From: an uncultured delta proteobacterium
GTDB taxonomy: Bacteria > Myxococcota > UBA727 > VGSZ01
Assembly: GCA_963775425.1 (NCBI GenBank)
Contig: CAVZJB010000005.1
Coordinates: 576,001 to 640,000, forward strand
Reading direction: 5' to 3'
DNA length: 64,000 nt
The position numbers were made by a program, and so were the translations under genes. Below, in pieces: positions 47,097 through 58,389 of the stretch (position 1 is the first letter of the stretch; every line of letters begins with the position of its first letter). Under the pieces are notes generated by a model. It was not told the DNA's origin and did no database searches. It saw only the letters and a list, made by a program, of their open reading frames with translations.

Positions 47097-48131
47097 TCAC
47101 GCGACTTGTTTGGCGACCGCTTCGAAGTCCGGGAAAACCTCCACGGTCGAAGTGCCACGGATGGGGACGACGACGTCCCCCGACTCGCCGGCGACGCGCT
47201 CCCGCCAGACGGTCTTTCGAAGGGCGGCGAGGGCGACCTCGAGCTCGGGATCCCCGGGCTGCCGCGTGGTGAGGCGCTGCATGAGCATGCCGGGGGCGAT
47301 CAGGGCCCGCACGAAGGGGTTCTTCGGGTACCTGGCGGCGAGGCGTTGCGCCTCATAGGCCAGGCCGGCGATGGGCAGCATCAGGGGGATCTTGAGGAAG
47401 AGGACCGACACGTTCTGCACCAGCTCGTTGTCCGAGACGTGCACGAACGAGAGCACCGCGGCGAACACCACCGTGGACACGACGATCACGAGGAGGATCA
47501 GGCTGGTGCCGCAGCGCGGGTGCGCCGTGGACTTGCCGCGCGCGTGCTCGACGTTGAGGTCCTCGCCCGCCTCCCACACGTGGACGCTCTTGTGCTCGGC
47601 GCCGTGGTACATGAACAGCCGCTTCACCTGCTTCAGCGACGAGATGAGGCCGATGTAGCCGGCGAAGACGCCGAGCTTCACGACGCCGTCGATGATGTGA
47701 AACAGCGGGCTGGTGGTGGGCAGCGCGGTCTGGCCGTCGACGGAGAAGTACTTGCCGATGGAGTACGCCGAGAATTGCGGCACCACCTTGAAGATCAAGA
47801 AGGCGAAGGTGAGCGACACCAGCAGCGTGAGCGTGAGCCCCGCGTTGCCCTTCTTCACCTCTTCTTGCGCCTTCTTGTCGTCGGGGAACGCCGTGGCCGC
47901 GGACCAGTTCAACGCGAGCACGCCGTTGTACATGGACTCGATCAGCATGTTGGCCCCGCGGAGCAGGGGCCAGCGCAGGAACGGGAAGCGCTGGGCGAAG
48001 CTGAGCCACGCCTCCTCGCGGACGGCGATGGTGCCGTCGGGCTGGCGCACGGCCACCGAGAAGCTCTTCGGCGACCGCATCATCACGCCTTCGACGACGG
48101 CCTGGCCACCGATGACGGGGCGCGCGGCCAT
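47097..48131 (-). CDS. DUF1385 domain membrane protein
   Basis: IGGQAVVEGVMMR, P..RG, F.YHGAEHK, HPRCGTS, PG..MQRLTT..P..LEVA; follows rpmE. Confidence 0.92.
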   Translation of the reverse strand: MAARPVIGGQAVVEGVMMRSPKSFSVAVRQPDGTIAVREEAWLSFAQRFPFLRWPLLRGANMLIESMYNGVLALNWSAATAFPDDKKAQEEVKKGNAGLTLTLLVSLTFAFLIFKVVPQFSAYSIGKYFSVDGQTALPTTSPLFHIIDGVVKLGVFAGYIGLISSLKQVKRLFMYHGAEHKSVHVWEAGEDLNVEHARGKSTAHPRCGTSLILLVIVVSTVVFAAVLSFVHVSDNELVQNVSVLFLKIPLMLPIAGLAYEAQRLAARYPKNPFVRALIAPGMLMQRLTTRQPGDPELEVALAALRKTVWRERVAGESGDVVVPIRGTSTVEVFPDFEAVAKQVA

Positions 48132-48154
48132 CGCCAACAGCGCCGTGGCGAGCC

Positions 48155-48364
48155 TCACTTCCGGCCGCCCGCCTTGTACTTGGACTTGAAGCGCTCGACG
48201 CGGCCTTCCTTGTCCATGATGCGGGCCTTGCCCGTGAAGAACGGGTGGCACGCCGAGCACACGTCGACGGCGTAGGACGTGCGCGTGCTGCGCGTGTCGT
48301 ACGTCGCGCCGCAGGCGCACGTGATGGTGGCGTTCTTGTAGACGGGGTGGATGTCGGCTTTCAT
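48155..48364 (-). CDS. rpmE: 50S ribosomal protein L31 (zinc-binding type)
   Basis: MKADIHPVY..CACG..DVCSACHPFFTGK..GRVERF. Confidence 0.97.
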   Translation of the reverse strand: MKADIHPVYKNATITCACGATYDTRSTRTSYAVDVCSACHPFFTGKARIMDKEGRVERFKSKYKAGGRK

Positions 48365-48380
48365 GGGAGTGTCCAGGAAC

Positions 48381-48422
48381 GAAGAAAAACGTCGGGGCCC
48401 ATCCGTGTAGGGATGGGCCCCG
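48381..48422 (-). terminator. Rho-independent terminator-like hairpin after the 48445-50340 gene
   Basis: 12-bp perfect stem CGGGGCCCATCC/GGATGGGCCCCG with a 6-nt loop, followed on the minus strand by ACGTTTTTCTTC. Confidence 0.6.
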
Positions 48423-48444
48423 CCGTCGTCAACGCCCGATCTGC

Positions 48445-50340
48445 TCACCGCTTGCGGCGGCGCAGGCCGAGCCCGAGCAGCGCCACGAGGAGGGCGGCGG
48501 GCGCCCCCGGGACGCCGCTCGCGGCGCAGCCGAACAGGCCCTGCGGGGGCTTGTTCACCTTGGGCGCGGTGCAGGTGACGGTGATGGTGTAGTCGCCGGC
48601 GCTCGCGTTCGCGGGCAGCACGCCGAACTTCACGTTGGTGCCGTCGCCGTCGAGGGAGACGGCGTTGTCGGTCTTGTCGATGACGTCGCCGGCCGCGGGG
48701 CCGCGGGTGGCCACGAGGCTGATGTTGTTCTTGGCGGCGCCCTCGACGTCGACGGTGACGCGCTGGCCCTTGGGCAGGTCCACGGCGAACCAGTCGGCGT
48801 CGGCGGCCACGCCGTCGATGGAGTCGCCGCAGCGGAGGACCGTGGCGGTGTCGATGGTGTTGTCGTTTTCGTGGTTGTCGTCGCTGACGGACGCGCCCGC
48901 CTGCAGCGAGATGGTGCGCGAGTCGGTCTCGGTGACGTTGCCGACGAGGTCGGTGGCGCGCACGCTGAAGGTGCGGGAGCCGCTGCCGACGTTGAGGGTC
49001 CAGGTGTAGGTGGATCCCGCCACCACGCAGCCGACGGCGCCCTGGCCGGCGGGCGACGGGCAGGGGAAGCTCTCGAGGCCGTTGGGCCCGTTCCACACGA
49101 GCTCCGCCCGCGACAGGCCCGAGTCGTCGCCGATCTGCGCCACGACGTTGATGGGGCCGTTGGAGGGCAGCACGGCGCCGTCGGCGGGGGACGCGATGAT
49201 GACCTCCGGCGGGCCCGCGTCCTGCGGCGGGCCGGAGCCGTCGTCGGACAGCCAGATGGTGCGGCTCTCGGTGATGGCGTCGTTGCCGGAGGGGTCGCGC
49301 ACGTGGACGCGGAAGGTGCGGGAGCCCTCGCCGACGTTGATGTGCCAGGTGTAGGTGTCGCCGCTCTGGTCGCAGGAGTAGGCGCCGGTCTGGTCGATGG
49401 TGGCCGGGCAGAACATCGACTCCCCGGTGAAGTCCCACTGCAGCTCGACGACGGTGAGGCCGACGTCGTCGCTGGCGCTGGCGCTCACGGTGATCTCGGA
49501 GTTCGACTGGAGGATGTCGCCGTCGGCGGGGGACACGAGCGACACCGTCGGCGGCGCCGTGTCCTCGGGCGGCGGCGGCGGGACGGTGCCGTCGGAGGCG
49601 CCGATCACCTGGAGGATGGACTGCACGCTGTTCTGGCTGGCGCCGCCGCAGGAGCACTGGCGGGGCTCGTACTCACCGCAGGACGCCGCCTGGTCCTGGA
49701 AGGTCTTGGGGCCGCAGTCGGTGAGGTAGGTCATCGGGTCCTGGCAGAGGAACTCGTGGTCGAGGCCGAAGGCGTGGCTGACCTCCTGCGCCACCGTCTC
49801 GCAGATGCCCTGGGTGTCGTTGCCGTAGACGTCGGCGAAGGCGTAGACGATGGCGTTGGGGATGAGGCCGCAGGTGAACGGCGCGACGCCGCCGACGCCG
49901 AAGGGCATCCCCGCCTGGTCGGGGGTGCCGCCGACGACGGCCTCGACGTAGTCGCCGCTGGCGGGCTCGACGTCGGTGACGGTGATGTTGAACTGCGAGA
50001 ACTCGTCGGTGACGCAGGCCATGACGTCGGCCCAGCGCGAGTCGCTGAGGGAGAACGCGCCGACGTTGCCGCTGGCGTTGCTGCCGCACACCACGGAGGA
50101 GAGGTTGTGCGAGCTGTCGTCGTCGCCGCAGGAGTAGTGCCCGCCGTGGCGGTTCAGGTAGACCGGCAGGCGCTCGCCGGTCGCGTACAGCCGCGTCTGG
50201 GGCGGCGGCGCGATCTTGATCATCGACGGGAAGGGCCGGTTCAGCCGGGCTGCCTCGCGCGCGGCTTCGAGCGGGGTGAAGGCCGAGGCGGGAACGGCGG
50301 CGACGGCGGCAGCGAGGATCACCAGCGAGCGAACGATCAC
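48445..50340 (-). CDS. Secreted metzincin-like protein with two Ig-like domains, PPC-like domain and MYXO-CTERM-like tail
   Basis: GGAGG RBS before GTG; signal peptide; AQEVSHAFGLDH..DPMTY; two repeated D..PP.V...SPADG Ig-like units; DWFAV; GC...ALLVALLGLGLRRRKR. Confidence 0.78.
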   Translation of the reverse strand: MIVRSLVILAAAVAAVPASAFTPLEAAREAARLNRPFPSMIKIAPPPQTRLYATGERLPVYLNRHGGHYSCGDDDSSHNLSSVVCGSNASGNVGAFSLSDSRWADVMACVTDEFSQFNITVTDVEPASGDYVEAVVGGTPDQAGMPFGVGGVAPFTCGLIPNAIVYAFADVYGNDTQGICETVAQEVSHAFGLDHEFLCQDPMTYLTDCGPKTFQDQAASCGEYEPRQCSCGGASQNSVQSILQVIGASDGTVPPPPPEDTAPPTVSLVSPADGDILQSNSEITVSASASDDVGLTVVELQWDFTGESMFCPATIDQTGAYSCDQSGDTYTWHINVGEGSRTFRVHVRDPSGNDAITESRTIWLSDDGSGPPQDAGPPEVIIASPADGAVLPSNGPINVVAQIGDDSGLSRAELVWNGPNGLESFPCPSPAGQGAVGCVVAGSTYTWTLNVGSGSRTFSVRATDLVGNVTETDSRTISLQAGASVSDDNHENDNTIDTATVLRCGDSIDGVAADADWFAVDLPKGQRVTVDVEGAAKNNISLVATRGPAAGDVIDKTDNAVSLDGDGTNVKFGVLPANASAGDYTITVTCTAPKVNKPPQGLFGCAASGVPGAPAALLVALLGLGLRRRKR

Positions 50341-50593
50341 GGAGACCTCCAAGGAGTGTGCGCTGGTTTCCATACTTCGTGCCAGCCTTCCTTACGCCGT
50401 CCCCAAAGCCGGGAACCGCGTCCAGATGCGCTGAAGTCTCGTGTGGGCACAGGTGGGTGTCAGTCCTCCTGTCTACCGAGGGATCACCCCGATCGTGCGC
50501 CCTGACAACAGCTTTCGGTGACTGTCATCACGCATCTGTCGTCGCCGGCCCCACACATGCCGCGCGTCCAGCGACCGGAGGGAGCGGTCGTGA

Positions 50594-52486
50594 TCACGCC
50601 GGGAGATCGATCGCGAAGCTCGCGCCCCCCAGGGGAGACGTCTCCACCGCCAGCTCGCCCTTGTGCTCGAGGACGATCTCCCTCGCGAGCATCAGGCCGA
50701 GCCCCGTGCCCGAGGGCTTGGTCGTGAAGAACGGCTGAAAGAGCTTGTCCTTGACGTCGTCGGGGACGCCGGGGCCCGTGTCCTCGACGGTGACGCGGGC
50801 GCCCTTGGGGCTCGCCCGGGCTCCGATGCGCACGGTGCCGCCGTGGCCGGCGGCCTCGACGCCGTTTCTGAGCAGGTTCAGCACGGCCTGGCGCAGGCGC
50901 GCGGGGTCGTGCGGCACCGCCGGGAGCCCGGGCTCCACGTTCAGCTCGAGCATCACGCCCGCCTTGGCGGCGTCGCCCTGGGAGAAGGCCACGAGGTCCG
51001 CGAGCAGGTCGCCGACGTCGGCGGCCACGCGCCTGGTGGCGGGCAGCCGGGCGAAGCGCAGGTAGCCCTCCGTGATCTGCGTGAGGCGCTCCACCTCGCT
51101 GCCCACGGCGTCGAGGATGGCGCGCACCTCCTTCTGGCGGTCCGCGGGCAGCGCCGGCACGTCGTCGCCGAGGAGATCGATGTTGAGCGCCACCGAGCTC
51201 AGGGGATTTCTGATCTCGTGCGTGATCTGCGCGGCCAGCCGGCCGATGGCGGCCAGCCGCTCCGACTGCAACAGCCGCTCGCGCGTCTCCTCGCGCAACG
51301 TCACGTCCTCGCCGAGCACCAGCACGTCCGGCAGGGACGCGCCCGCGCGATCGCGCATCGGCACCAGGATGACGTCGACGACGCGCTCGCCCAGGCGCAC
51401 CAGCGGGAAGGTGGCCATCTCGCCCTTGGCCCGCACCGCGTCGATGGCCTCGACCACCGGGGCCAGGGCCGGCCGCAGCGCCGGCTCGATGAGCTCCCCG
51501 AGCGGGCGGCCGTCGACGTCGACGAGCGGCAGGTGGAACACCGAGCGCGCCGCGGGGTTCAGCGTGCGCACCCGGCCGGCGTCGTCGACGACGACGATGC
51601 CGACGCGGACGGAGCGGATGACGTTTTCGGCGAAGCCGGTGAGGCGCATGAGCTCCTCGCTGCGCGCGGCCAGCACGCTCTGCCGGTCGGACAGCGCCTG
51701 CGCCATCGCGTTCAGCTCCTGCGCAAGCTCGCCGACCTCGTCGTCGCCGGGGTTCTCCACGCGCACGTCGAGGGAGCCGCGGCCGACGGCCTTGGCGATG
51801 CCCACGAGATCGCGCAGCGGCTTGAGCGCCCGCAGCATCATGACGAGCACCACCGCCCCCGTCGCCGCCGCCAGCAGCGACAAGAGCACCACCGCGTACG
51901 CCGCGTCCTTCTCGTCGCGCTCGGCGCGCAGCACCGCCTCGGAGACCTTGCCGTCGACGGCGACGCTCAACGAGCGCAGCTCGCGCGAGAAGCTGTCGCC
52001 ACGCTCCCGCTGCTCGTCGCGCAGCGCGGCCGTGTCGGCGTCGGCCGCGGCGTGGTCGAGGAGCTTGGCGGTGCTCTCGTCGTAGGCGTCGTTGAGCTCC
52101 TGCGCCTGCTTCACCCGCTCGATGATGGTGGTGAGGAAGCGAACGTCGTCGTCGCGCAGGTGGCCGCCCTGGAGCTCCTTGGCGAGCGAGTCCATCTCGT
52201 CGAGGCGGTCGCGCACCGCCCGCGCATACAGCTCGCGTGCATACGCGACGAGCTGGCGGCGCAGCTCGGGTGCCTGGGTGGCGAGCGCGCGGGTCACGTA
52301 GGCGTCCTTGGCCTCCTGGAGCGTGCGCACCTGGGTCGCGGTCCGCCCCATGGCCAGGTAGCCGCGGTGGATGAGGACCAGGTCCTCGCGGATGGCGTGG
52401 AGCCGACGCACCGACAGGACGCTCGCCCCCGCGAACACGAGGAGCAGCACCAGGAAGCCGGCGAAGATGCGGGAGGACAAACCCAC
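50594..52486 (-). CDS. Sensor histidine kinase (2 TM, HAMP, PAS)
   Basis: DDEVGELAQELNAM HAMP; ERLAAIGRLAAQITHEIRNPL H-box; NLLRNG, DTGPG, FFTTK..GTGLGL; start inferred. Confidence 0.92.
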   Translation of the reverse strand: MGLSSRIFAGFLVLLLVFAGASVLSVRRLHAIREDLVLIHRGYLAMGRTATQVRTLQEAKDAYVTRALATQAPELRRQLVAYARELYARAVRDRLDEMDSLAKELQGGHLRDDDVRFLTTIIERVKQAQELNDAYDESTAKLLDHAAADADTAALRDEQRERGDSFSRELRSLSVAVDGKVSEAVLRAERDEKDAAYAVVLLSLLAAATGAVVLVMMLRALKPLRDLVGIAKAVGRGSLDVRVENPGDDEVGELAQELNAMAQALSDRQSVLAARSEELMRLTGFAENVIRSVRVGIVVVDDAGRVRTLNPAARSVFHLPLVDVDGRPLGELIEPALRPALAPVVEAIDAVRAKGEMATFPLVRLGERVVDVILVPMRDRAGASLPDVLVLGEDVTLREETRERLLQSERLAAIGRLAAQITHEIRNPLSSVALNIDLLGDDVPALPADRQKEVRAILDAVGSEVERLTQITEGYLRFARLPATRRVAADVGDLLADLVAFSQGDAAKAGVMLELNVEPGLPAVPHDPARLRQAVLNLLRNGVEAAGHGGTVRIGARASPKGARVTVEDTGPGVPDDVKDKLFQPFFTTKPSGTGLGLMLAREIVLEHKGELAVETSPLGGASFAIDLPA

Positions 52487-52526
52487 GCTTTGAACAACCT
52501 CGACGCCAATGGTAGGACGCAGGCCC

Positions 52527-54185
52527 ATGCTGCGCATCTTCCCCGCCGTGCTCGTCGTCGCTCTGGCCTCTCCCGCGGGCGCGCAGGTGATCCACAGGGA
52601 TCCGCCTGCGGCGAAGAAGCCGGCCGACGACAAGAAGCCCGACGACAAGAAGGCCGACGACAAGGCCGATGAAGACAAGGCCGGCGACGACGACATCCTC
52701 GCCCCCGAGGGCGCCGAAAAGGCCACCGGACCCGTCGAGCAGAAGCCCAAGGCGTACAGCGTCGGTCTCGTCGCCATCGTCCCCGTCGGCGAGGCGGGCA
52801 AGACCGCCGCCGACACCGCCACCACCGGCCTGTTGAAGGAGCTCGGCGCGGGGCACGTGTTCGCCACCGCGCCCCTCGCCGTCGACGTCGGCGGCGGCGC
52901 CGGCGCCCCCGATCAGGCGGCGGCGCAAGCCGCGTTGAAGGACGCCAAGGCCGCGTTCGACAAGGGCCACCTCGCCCTCGACAAGCTCAAGATGGGCATC
53001 GCCAAGAAGGCGTTCGCGAGCGCGCTCGCGAGCTACGAGAAGGCCGCGCCCGTCCTCAAGGACGCCACCCAGCTCTTCGACTGCCACGTCTTCCTCGCCG
53101 AGGTCGCCGCGCGCGAGGGCCGCGACGCGGACGCCGACGTCGAGCTCACCGCCGCCGCCGCGCTCGACCCGGAGCGCAACCTCGACACCAAGCGCTACCC
53201 GGGCGCGTTCATCACCAGCTACGAAAAGGCGCGCGACAAGCTCTTGAAGAAGGCGAAGGACGGCGGGCCAGGGCGCGGCAGCATCGTCGTGGACCCGAGC
53301 GGCGCCGGCGCCTCCGTCGAGGTCGACGGCCGCGCCACCGCGGGCGCGCCGGTCACGGTCAACGAGGTCCCGGTCGGCCGGCACCTGGTGCGCGCGCTCC
53401 GTGAGGGGCTCCCCGGCTACGGCACCATCGTCGAGGTGAAGGCGGGAGAGACGGTCACCGTGTCCCCCGGCTTCATCGCGCAAAACGGCAACAGCTACGT
53501 CGATGATCTCCAGAACAACCGCCTGACGCCCGCGGCCGCCAAGGCCGTCGCCGCCGCGGCCAAGGCCGCGTCGCTCAAGGGCGCCGTCGTCGGCGTGGTC
53601 AACAAGACCGCCACCGGCAGCGAGGTCCAGCTCGTCCTCGTCGACGCCGGCGGCGCCGGCATGAAGGAGCTGCCGGCGCTCGAGTTCACCGGCGACATGC
53701 TCGACATCGGCATCGAGACCCTCAAGGCGCGCGACGCCATCGAGGCCGCCTTCGACAAGCCCGCGTTCGAGACGGCCGCCATCGACACGCTCGTCGAGGG
53801 CGCCACCGCCAGCGCCGCCCGCATGGCCACGTTCGCCATGCGCTTCGACGTGCAGGCGTTGAAGGCGCCCTCGCGCTCGCGCCTGGTGACCGACGAGGGC
53901 GAGGGCCGCGCCAAGGTGCTCGCCGCCGGAAAGAGCGGGACGCGCGCGCGCCTCGACGACGACGAGGACCCGTACGCGATCCACGACGACAACAGCAAGG
54001 CCGCCGTCCCGGATCCGGACGCGCCCATGACCGACCAGGCCTGGTTCTGGCCCACCGTCATCGGCGGCGGCGCCGGCGCCCTCGTCGTCCTCGGCGGCGC
54101 CGCCTACGCCTCGCTGGTGGCGGCCAAGGTCGTGCCCGACCCGCGCCCCGCGGGCGGCGCCCAGATCCACGTCGCCCTTCCGTGA
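52527..54185 (+). CDS. PEGA domain-containing protein
   Basis: Signal peptide, KKPADD-type repeats, TPR-like helices, PSGAGASVEVDG..P...VPVGRHLV PEGA, C-terminal QAWFWP hydrophobic segment. Confidence 0.8.
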   Translation: MLRIFPAVLVVALASPAGAQVIHRDPPAAKKPADDKKPDDKKADDKADEDKAGDDDILAPEGAEKATGPVEQKPKAYSVGLVAIVPVGEAGKTAADTATTGLLKELGAGHVFATAPLAVDVGGGAGAPDQAAAQAALKDAKAAFDKGHLALDKLKMGIAKKAFASALASYEKAAPVLKDATQLFDCHVFLAEVAAREGRDADADVELTAAAALDPERNLDTKRYPGAFITSYEKARDKLLKKAKDGGPGRGSIVVDPSGAGASVEVDGRATAGAPVTVNEVPVGRHLVRALREGLPGYGTIVEVKAGETVTVSPGFIAQNGNSYVDDLQNNRLTPAAAKAVAAAAKAASLKGAVVGVVNKTATGSEVQLVLVDAGGAGMKELPALEFTGDMLDIGIETLKARDAIEAAFDKPAFETAAIDTLVEGATASAARMATFAMRFDVQALKAPSRSRLVTDEGEGRAKVLAAGKSGTRARLDDDEDPYAIHDDNSKAAVPDPDAPMTDQAWFWPTVIGGGAGALVVLGGAAYASLVAAKVVPDPRPAGGAQIHVALP

Positions 54186-54211
54186 CAGGCCCTGCCGTGA
54201 TGAGGACCCCC

Positions 54212-55861
54212 ATGCCCAGGCTCTTTCCCGTCGCAGGCGCGGCGCTCGCGCTCGCGCTCGCGGCCGGCTGCACCAAGACCGTGTCCGTCGATCTCTCGCT
54301 CGTCGAGCCCTGCGATCAGAAGGACCAGGCGCTCAACGGCGTGTCGAGCTTCACCGTGTCGAGCACCGGCTCCACGCTCGGCGACAACGCCGTCTCCTTC
54401 AGCATCGACCAGGGCGTGGCGCCCCTCGACGTGGGCCTCGGCAACGTCGTCATCACCGTCCAGGCCTTCGCCGACGACGTCTCCGCCGGCGGCGCCGGTG
54501 GCGCGTTGCCGCAATCCGTGGGCCGCACCGTGCCCCTGCCCATCACGGAGGCGAGCGGGGACTTCAAGAGCATCGTCGTCGTCGGCGAGCGTGACTCCTT
54601 CGGAAAGACCACCGGCGCCGACGGCAAGTGCACCTCCATGACGGCGAGCGCCGCCGTCAAGGGAAGGCACGGTCACACCGCCACGTTCATCCCGGGGCTC
54701 AACAAGGTGCTCATCTTCGGCGGCGCCGTGTTCGAGGCGGACGGCGTCACCGAGGACTTCCTGTCGTCCGCGGAGCTGTACGATCCCGCCACCGGCACGT
54801 TCGAGGAGCTCCCGGACACCGGAATCTCGCGCGCGTACCACGCCGCCACCGCGCTCCCCGATGGGCGCGTGCTCATCACCGGCGGCCTCGGCATCCAATC
54901 CGGTCACGTCATCGCGCTGGCCAACGGCGTCGTCTTCGATCCGCAGCTCGGCGCGGACTTCCCCTACCAGAACGTCGGGCTGGTTCAGGCGCGCGCGCAT
55001 CACACGCAGACGCTCCTCGAGGGCGCCGGCATCATCGTGGTGACCGGCGGCTGCGTCCGGGCCAACGACGCCGACCACTGCACCACCACCCAAGCGGGCG
55101 CTGGCGGCGTCGGCAAGACCACGGAATCCACGGGCGCCGACGGCCAGGTCCACGCGCTCGTCACCGAGACCTTCAACATCAAGGACGCGGTGCTGGCCTC
55201 CACGCCCGTGCCCCCGAACGCAGGCCTCACCCACGGCCGCGCCTTCCACCAGGCGACCGCGCTCGGCAGCGGCACCAACGAGATCCTCGTCGTCAGCGGC
55301 GGCGCCGACGCCGACGGCCCCGTCCCCGACATCGAGGTGTTCCGCGCGGCGAACGGGGAGCTCGCGCACGTGGCGGGCACCGAGGGCAACATCGGCTTTC
55401 CGCAGGACAAGGTGCCCGTGCGCCACGCCGCCGTCGCCATAGACGATCAGCGCATCCTGATGATCGGCGGCCAGACCGAGGCGCCCGACGGGTTGCCGTC
55501 GGGGCCGGCGAGCGCGGACGTCTTCTTCTTCTCCACCGCGGCCGGGGTCGATCGCGACCACCCGGTGGAGCTGCTCCAGGGCGGCCGCACGGGAGCGCTC
55601 GCCGCGCAGATGAGCGACGGCTCCATCGTCGTCATCGGCGGCCCCACGGCGCCGGGCCAGCCGGCGGCGGAGGTGCTGCGGCCGGGCGTGGGCACCGGGC
55701 TCCTCACGGCGGAGCCGCTGTCGGGGCCGCCGCTCGGCCAGGCGCGCGACCACGCCGCGCTCACCGTGCTCCCCAACAACGAGCTGCTCTACTCGGGCGG
55801 CCACACCACGTCGGCGCCGTTCACCACCACCAACGCGGTCGACGTCTACTTCGGCGACTGA
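54212..55861 (+). CDS. Kelch-repeat beta-propeller lipoprotein
   Basis: Lipobox AAGC; repeated R..H.AT.L...VLI.GG and AELYDP motifs. Confidence 0.82.
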   Translation: MPRLFPVAGAALALALAAGCTKTVSVDLSLVEPCDQKDQALNGVSSFTVSSTGSTLGDNAVSFSIDQGVAPLDVGLGNVVITVQAFADDVSAGGAGGALPQSVGRTVPLPITEASGDFKSIVVVGERDSFGKTTGADGKCTSMTASAAVKGRHGHTATFIPGLNKVLIFGGAVFEADGVTEDFLSSAELYDPATGTFEELPDTGISRAYHAATALPDGRVLITGGLGIQSGHVIALANGVVFDPQLGADFPYQNVGLVQARAHHTQTLLEGAGIIVVTGGCVRANDADHCTTTQAGAGGVGKTTESTGADGQVHALVTETFNIKDAVLASTPVPPNAGLTHGRAFHQATALGSGTNEILVVSGGADADGPVPDIEVFRAANGELAHVAGTEGNIGFPQDKVPVRHAAVAIDDQRILMIGGQTEAPDGLPSGPASADVFFFSTAAGVDRDHPVELLQGGRTGALAAQMSDGSIVVIGGPTAPGQPAAEVLRPGVGTGLLTAEPLSGPPLGQARDHAALTVLPNNELLYSGGHTTSAPFTTTNAVDVYFGD

Positions 55862-55888
55862 CGACGGCGTCGCACGGAAGGTGCGCAA

Positions 55889-56941
<1,053 letters not shown>

Positions 56942-57003
56942 GCGGCGCCGCGAGCTTTGCGGCGCGGCTGCACGCCGGAGCGCTTCCGGTCTAGATTGGG
57001 CGT

Positions 57004-58383
57004 ATGACCGACCCGCCGATGGGGACGCCGGCCGAGAAGCTCGCCGCGCTGAACGAGCGCCTGAAGGGGCCGGAGCTGCTCGCGCTGCTCAACATCAAGA
57101 GCGGCCCCGCGCCCGACGTCCTCGTCCGGCGCGTCAACGACCTGCGCGAGGTCGTGATGGGCCTGTGCTCGCACCTCGCGCCCGACGATCCGGTGCGCGC
57201 CGCCGCCCTCGAGCGGCTCAAGGGCGTCGAGCGGCTGCTCCAGGACCCCTTCGAGTGGCACATCCTCAGCCGGGCGAGCGAGCTGCGGCAGGACGTGAAC
57301 GATCCCGCGGTGCACGCCCTCATCGAGGCCGGCTTCTTCGAGGAGCACGTGCCGCGCATGGTGTGGCTGAGCGCGCCGCCCGACGGCGGCAACGCCGACC
57401 TGCGCAAGAGCATGCGCCTCCCCGTGGCCGTGGGCGTCGAGCTCGACGCCGGCGCCGGCAACCGCGTGCGCTGCCACACGCTGAACCTCTCGCGCGACGG
57501 CGTCTGCCTCGATCTCCCCGCCGGCTTCAACGCCGGCAGCGTGAGCATGGTGCTCGATCTCACGAGCACGGGCGTCAAGCTCCCCGTCACCGGCGACGTC
57601 ATGTGGCGCGAGGGCGTGCGCGCCGGCGTCTCGTTCAAGATCGGCGTCAACGAGCGCAACGCCATCGACGCCGCGTTGCGCGCGCACTTCGCGGATCTGT
57701 CGCGCGCGGTGGACCGCTGGCGCCAGGTGGCGCCCCACAGCGCCGCCGCGCTCGCATGCGCGCACCTCATCGGTTACGCGTCGAGCGCCCTGCCGAGCAC
57801 GCGCCGCGAGCACCTCGACAAGCTCGCCGCCGCGGCCGAGGCCGATCGCGGCCAGAAGGAGCTGCAGCTCGCGCTCGCCAAGCTCCACCTCGAAGAGGGC
57901 GAATTCGACAACGCCGCCACCGTGTTGAAGCGGGTCGTGGTCGCCGATCGCGCCGACGCGCGCTGGCGGCTGCTCGATCAGACGCTCGCGCAACGCACCG
58001 GGCGGCGCGTAGGCGGCGGCGGCGGTCCCATCGGGGGCCCGATGCAGATCGCCATCGCCGCGCTCCTCGGCGTCGGGCTCGTCGTCGCGGTGGGCTTCGC
58101 GGTGGTGTCCATGCAGCAGCCGCTCAAGGACGCGCCCGTGCCGTCGACGGGCCTGCGCTGCACCCAGCTCCAGATCGTGCAGACCAACGCCTTGTGCACC
58201 ATGGACAGCGGCGCCTACGCCAGGCTCGCGCCCGGGGACAAGGCGCGCCTCGCCAAGGACACGCTGCACGCGCTCGACTCGTACGGCGTGAGCTTCGTCA
58301 CCGTGTACGGCTCGCACGACGAGGGCGTGCTCGACACGTTCAGCCGCGCGGTGCTCGACGCCGTGCCGCCCCGCGCGCCCTGA
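57004..58383 (+). CDS. PilZ domain / TPR membrane protein
   Basis: RKSMR (RxxxR) and NLSRDG (NxSxxG) c-di-GMP motifs; TPR-like LALAKLHLEEGEFDNA; single TM helix. Confidence 0.72.
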   Translation: MTDPPMGTPAEKLAALNERLKGPELLALLNIKSGPAPDVLVRRVNDLREVVMGLCSHLAPDDPVRAAALERLKGVERLLQDPFEWHILSRASELRQDVNDPAVHALIEAGFFEEHVPRMVWLSAPPDGGNADLRKSMRLPVAVGVELDAGAGNRVRCHTLNLSRDGVCLDLPAGFNAGSVSMVLDLTSTGVKLPVTGDVMWREGVRAGVSFKIGVNERNAIDAALRAHFADLSRAVDRWRQVAPHSAAALACAHLIGYASSALPSTRREHLDKLAAAAEADRGQKELQLALAKLHLEEGEFDNAATVLKRVVVADRADARWRLLDQTLAQRTGRRVGGGGGPIGGPMQIAIAALLGVGLVVAVGFAVVSMQQPLKDAPVPSTGLRCTQLQIVQTNALCTMDSGAYARLAPGDKARLAKDTLHALDSYGVSFVTVYGSHDEGVLDTFSRAVLDAVPPRAP

Positions 58384-58389
58384 CAGGCG

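Noticed and set aside
48155-49657. 500-aa ORF ending in ribosomal protein L31
   Set aside because: Only the last 69 codons (from ATG 48364) are L31; the rest is an off-frame shadow of the 48445-50340 gene.
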